Below are positions 5,064 to 7,339 of a stretch of DNA of 7,339 bases, in pieces. The DNA comes from Betaproteobacteria bacterium (lineage in GTDB: Bacteria; Pseudomonadota; Gammaproteobacteria; Burkholderiales; Burkholderiaceae_C): NCBI GenBank assembly GCA_009921265.1, contig RFYV01000104.1, positions 1-7,339 on the forward strand. Direction: 5' to 3'. Below the pieces are notes generated by a model. It was not told where the DNA came from. It worked only from the letters and a program-made list of their open reading frames with translations, and searched no databases. The position numbers and the translations under genes are program-made. The stretch's first letter is position 1. Each line of letters begins with the position of its first letter.

Positions 5064-5630
5064 TTAAACTTTGTTAAACAAAAACAACTCCCACTTTGCA
5101 ATCGAAAGATTAACAAGAGCAGAACTTTCAATGATGTACTTAAATTTGCGTCGGTGCTCAATAATATCGTTTACATAACCCCAAGAAATATCTTTACTCT
5201 TGGCACTTGTGTAAGACAAAATAATTCTATCTACAGGGCAAATTTTTGGTTCTTGAATTAAGTTCAAGCACCACAAATACTTTATGTAAATCGAAATGCT
5301 TTTCTGTGCATGGGAGATTCTAAATTCCGAACCATCTCGACTATTGCTTTGGAAATATGCTCCGAATTTATTGTTCATTTCTTTTTTAAGTTCAGAAACA
5401 ATTAACTCATATTCAGATATTGCAACCTCATTTTCAAACTTCAATCCAATTTTTCGCAAGCAGTCAAACCAGTAACTTCGAATCTCTTTTCTTATCGGTA
5501 TTGCCAAATCTTTTGTGTATAAAACATTGTGTTGTACGGCCGCTTTTACTGCATTCGATAAAGCAACTTCAATCGAATTAGTTGGATTGTATTTTTTTAA
5601 GAACTCTGTTTTACACACTTCAACATTCAT
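5064..5630 (-). CDS. hypothetical protein (188 aa), first gene of the AT-rich cassette
   Basis: ATG at 5630-5628 lies 1 nt after the stop codon of the integrase relic. The product appears helical and contains FRISHAQKSISIYIKYLWCLNLIQEPKICPVDRIIL. I cannot assign a family from memory. Confidence 0.8.
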   Translation of the reverse strand: MNVEVCKTEFLKKYNPTNSIEVALSNAVKAAVQHNVLYTKDLAIPIRKEIRSYWFDCLRKIGLKFENEVAISEYELIVSELKKEMNNKFGAYFQSNSRDGSEFRISHAQKSISIYIKYLWCLNLIQEPKICPVDRIILSYTSAKSKDISWGYVNDIIEHRRKFKYIIESSALVNLSIAKWELFLFNKV

Positions 5631-5631
5631 C

Positions 5632-5724
5632 TCACGCCAATCTTTCTGCTGCCATTGTTGCGGTTAGTTTGCTGTAGTGCTGTTCCAAAATTCTCACGCT
5701 ATTGCCCATTTGCTTGCTTAACGT
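5632..5724 (-). pseudogene. relic of the last 30 codons plus stop of a second, diverged tyrosine integrase
   Basis: The minus-strand translation TLSKQMGNSVRILEQHYSKLTATMAAERLA-stop matches the C-terminus of the intact integrase at 29 of 30 residues. It includes the catalytic-Tyr region. No upstream integrase sequence is attached. Confidence 0.85.
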
Positions 5725-6053
5725 TATTTTGGTTTTCCATCTTTGTCAGATACACGCCATCCTTTATAAGCAAGACAACTTCTTACTTGTTGTTCGTTAG
5801 CCTCGCATCTTGTACCGCCAGGAGTTGAGTTTGTAAAACAGTCCATTCCACCAGTTAATGCATTTTTATTACAACTTGTATATGAACTTGGGCCGTATTG
5901 TTGGCAATTATTTCTCGCACTTTCAGATTTGCATTCAGCCTCTTCAGACTTAAACATGTATCCTGGCTTTGAAGCATGAGAATAGTATGTAGTACACGCA
6001 GTTAAAACTGTTGTTGTAATTGCAGTAATTAGTAATTTAGCAGTTCTATTCAT
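5724..6053 (-). CDS. small cysteine-rich lipoprotein (109 aa precursor)
   Basis: ATG at 6053-6051. The signal peptide MNRTAKLLITAITTTVLTAC ends in the lipobox LTAC. The mature part contains six further Cys. The track's 174-aa version is an out-of-frame extension into the integrase gene. Confidence 0.85.
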   Translation of the reverse strand: MNRTAKLLITAITTTVLTACTTYYSHASKPGYMFKSEEAECKSESARNNCQQYGPSSYTSCNKNALTGGMDCFTNSTPGGTRCEANEQQVRSCLAYKGWRVSDKDGKPK

Positions 6054-6055
6054 AG

Positions 6056-6148
6056 TTACGCCAGCCTTTCCGCCGCCATCGTTGCCGTTAACTTGCTGTA
6101 GTGCTGTTCCAACATACGCACGCTGTTGCCCATTTGCTTGCTTAACGT
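6056..6148 (-). repeat. integrase 3' terminus, direct-repeat partner of 5632-5724
   Basis: In a hand alignment, 79 of 93 nt are identical. Homology stops sharply at 5724/6148 on one side and at the stop codons on the other. Confidence 0.85.
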
Positions 6149-7339
6149 GTGTATGTCTGTACCAGACAACAGTTCCTGTGTAGCGTATGTGTGTCGCAGA
6201 CTGTAGAGCGTGCGTCTCTGCCCTGCCCCATCCGTAAGTAACCCACATTCTCTTACAAGTTTCATAAACATACCATTAAAAGTACGTGGACGCAATCCAT
6301 TTGCGTTTCTAAATATGTACTTGTTAACCCTACTCAATACCGCGTCTAACGGCTGTCCCGCCAAGTCCAGTTGACGACTACACAATCGTTGCAGAACTGT
6401 GACAGCCTCGTGTTTGGCTATTAGGTAACGTTCGCCAGTTTTGCCGCTTACTCGCACACGCAGATAACGCACCTTGTCGTACTCGTACCATTCGCAATCA
6501 CGCCATTGCACATTCATTGCTTCTGTTCCGTGTCGCATTCCTGTTAACAAAAGAAACTCTACGTAGTCGCAAACTAACGGACGTTGCAATCTGTCAAACT
6601 CTTGTGTGCCTTGCAGTTCCCAAGTTGCCATAAATGCACGTAACTGTGCAATTTCTTCTGCACTAAATGCAGGACGCACACTACCCTTCTCACCTTTACG
6701 TGACAATTTAGGCAACGGCACACGCTCGCTAATCCACCCACGCTGTATTGCAGTTGTGCAAACACGGTTAAATGCACTTGCAAAGTTCATTAGCGTGCTT
6801 GATTTAGGTTTGCGTTGCATTTTGTTGTTTCGCCAACGCTCAAACTCTGCAATGTTGTCGTGTTTTATGTTTTGCAGATGACGTTCGCCAAAAAACGGTA
6901 CAAAGTAGCGTTCAATAATGCTGATGTAATCAACATAAATCTTCTTACCTGTGCCTGTAGTCAAGTCACGTTGCAATTCTTCTACAGTAATGCGTGCAAT
7001 TTCTGCAAATGTCTTCTGCACTGGTGCAAGTCCAAGCCGTTCTCTGTAGCGTGCTTCGTCATACAAGTCGCACGCAATCTGTTGTGCGTACTCCAATGCA
7101 GTTTTTCGTGTGCTTACACGTACCCACGCACCATTATACAGTCTGTATCTGCATTGCCACACGCGACTGCGTGCACGTTTGTATAAAACAACTTCTCCGT
7201 CACGCAAATAATGCAATGTTTCTTGTGCTGGCTGTTGTAAGTAGTCTGCAATTGCAACAATTTTGCGTTGTGCAGATGCAATTGCAGTTGTGATTTGCAG
7301 ACTGCGTGCAAATGGATACGTTAATTGCGTTTGTTTCAC
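6056..7339 (-). CDS. int: tyrosine integrase of the island (427 aa or more; the start is at or beyond the window edge)
   Basis: The N-terminal arm-type region reads VLYKRARSRVWQCRYRLYNGAWVRVSTRK. The catalytic domain has LLLTGMRHGTEA (Arg), LYSLRHTYAT (Arg-His) and LEQHYSKL (Tyr). The codon at 7339-7337 is GTG, so the ORF may continue upstream. Confidence 0.93.
   Translation of the reverse strand: MKQTQLTYPFARSLQITTAIASAQRKIVAIADYLQQPAQETLHYLRDGEVVLYKRARSRVWQCRYRLYNGAWVRVSTRKTALEYAQQIACDLYDEARYRERLGLAPVQKTFAEIARITVEELQRDLTTGTGKKIYVDYISIIERYFVPFFGERHLQNIKHDNIAEFERWRNNKMQRKPKSSTLMNFASAFNRVCTTAIQRGWISERVPLPKLSRKGEKGSVRPAFSAEEIAQLRAFMATWELQGTQEFDRLQRPLVCDYVEFLLLTGMRHGTEAMNVQWRDCEWYEYDKVRYLRVRVSGKTGERYLIAKHEAVTVLQRLCSRQLDLAGQPLDAVLSRVNKYIFRNANGLRPRTFNGMFMKLVRECGLLTDGAGQRRTLYSLRHTYATQELLSGTDIHTLSKQMGNSVRMLEQHYSKLTATMAAERLA

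Larger units (their letters stand above)
268..7339. mobile_element. tRNA-Cys-associated integrative genomic island (right end beyond window)
   Basis: A partial tRNA 3' end lies at one side and a large tyrosine integrase, oriented away from the predicted intact tRNA, at the other. Composition and gene content change abruptly after the host gene at 1-219. The interior is mosaic, with an integrase relic, an H-NS-like gene and a second recombinase. Confidence 0.7.

Noticed and set aside
4679-5161. The 160-aa version of the ORF in the track
   Set aside because: The first 36 codons overlap the 3' end of the 188-aa gene. ATG at 5053 has a near-perfect AAGGAGA Shine-Dalgarno, so the 124-aa form is preferred.
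3535-5261. Plus-strand ORFs 3535..3735, 3805..4071, 4650..4877 and 4944..5261
   Set aside because: All lie antisense within well-supported minus-strand genes. They show the Ser/Cys/Phe/Leu-rich composition typical of shadow frames.
5724-6248. The 174-aa version of the ORF in the track, overlapping the integrase 3' end
   Set aside because: The upstream 65 residues lie out of frame inside the integrase gene. The internal ATG at 6053 yields a textbook lipoprotein signal peptide immediately after the integrase stop.
6574-7311. ORFs 6574..6783 (-), 6606..6881 (+), 6815..7186 (+), 6994..7293 (+) and 7114..7311 (-)
   Set aside because: They are nested in alternative frames or antisense within the integrase gene, whose domain signature clearly identifies the real frame.
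1-7339. CRISPR arrays, IS elements with terminal inverted repeats, rRNA, or known defence-system signature genes
   Set aside because: I saw no regularly spaced repeats, no transposase-like ORF, no rRNA-like sequence, and no ORF with recognisable nuclease, ATPase, reverse-transcriptase or methyltransferase motifs.

Overview
The window is the left junction and most of the body of a small genomic island, on my reading integrated at a tRNA-Cys gene. Bases 1-219 are the 3' end of a host Bug/TctC-type periplasmic binding-protein gene. At 268-312 (minus strand) there is only the 3' half of a tRNA-Cys(GCA), from the anticodon loop to CCA. I read this as the distal att repeat. Everything to its right looks like island DNA, ending in a large tyrosine integrase (6056-7339, minus strand, running to or past the window edge). 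The intact tRNA-Cys is predicted just beyond the right edge. Reading leftward from the integrase, the cargo is as follows: (1) A cysteine-rich lipoprotein gene starts 2 nt after the integrase stop codon. (2) A 93-nt relic of a second, diverged integrase 3' end follows. (3) A visibly AT-rich, translationally coupled three-gene cassette of unknown function (188 aa, 124 aa, and a 54-aa ORF absent from the supplied track). (4) A truncated H-NS-like protein with no recognisable DNA-binding domain. (5) A 302-aa unknown. (6) Convergent with that unknown, a 190-aa tyrosine recombinase consisting of a catalytic domain only. (7) Upstream of the recombinase, about 880 bp of ORF-free DNA dense in short palindromes and iteron-like repeats. 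(8) Three small hypothetical genes. No function can be assigned from sequence alone to most of the cargo. The items most worth follow-up are the duplicated integrase terminus, the low-GC cassette, and the short recombinase with its structured non-coding region. No rRNA, CRISPR array, IS element or complete tRNA was seen.
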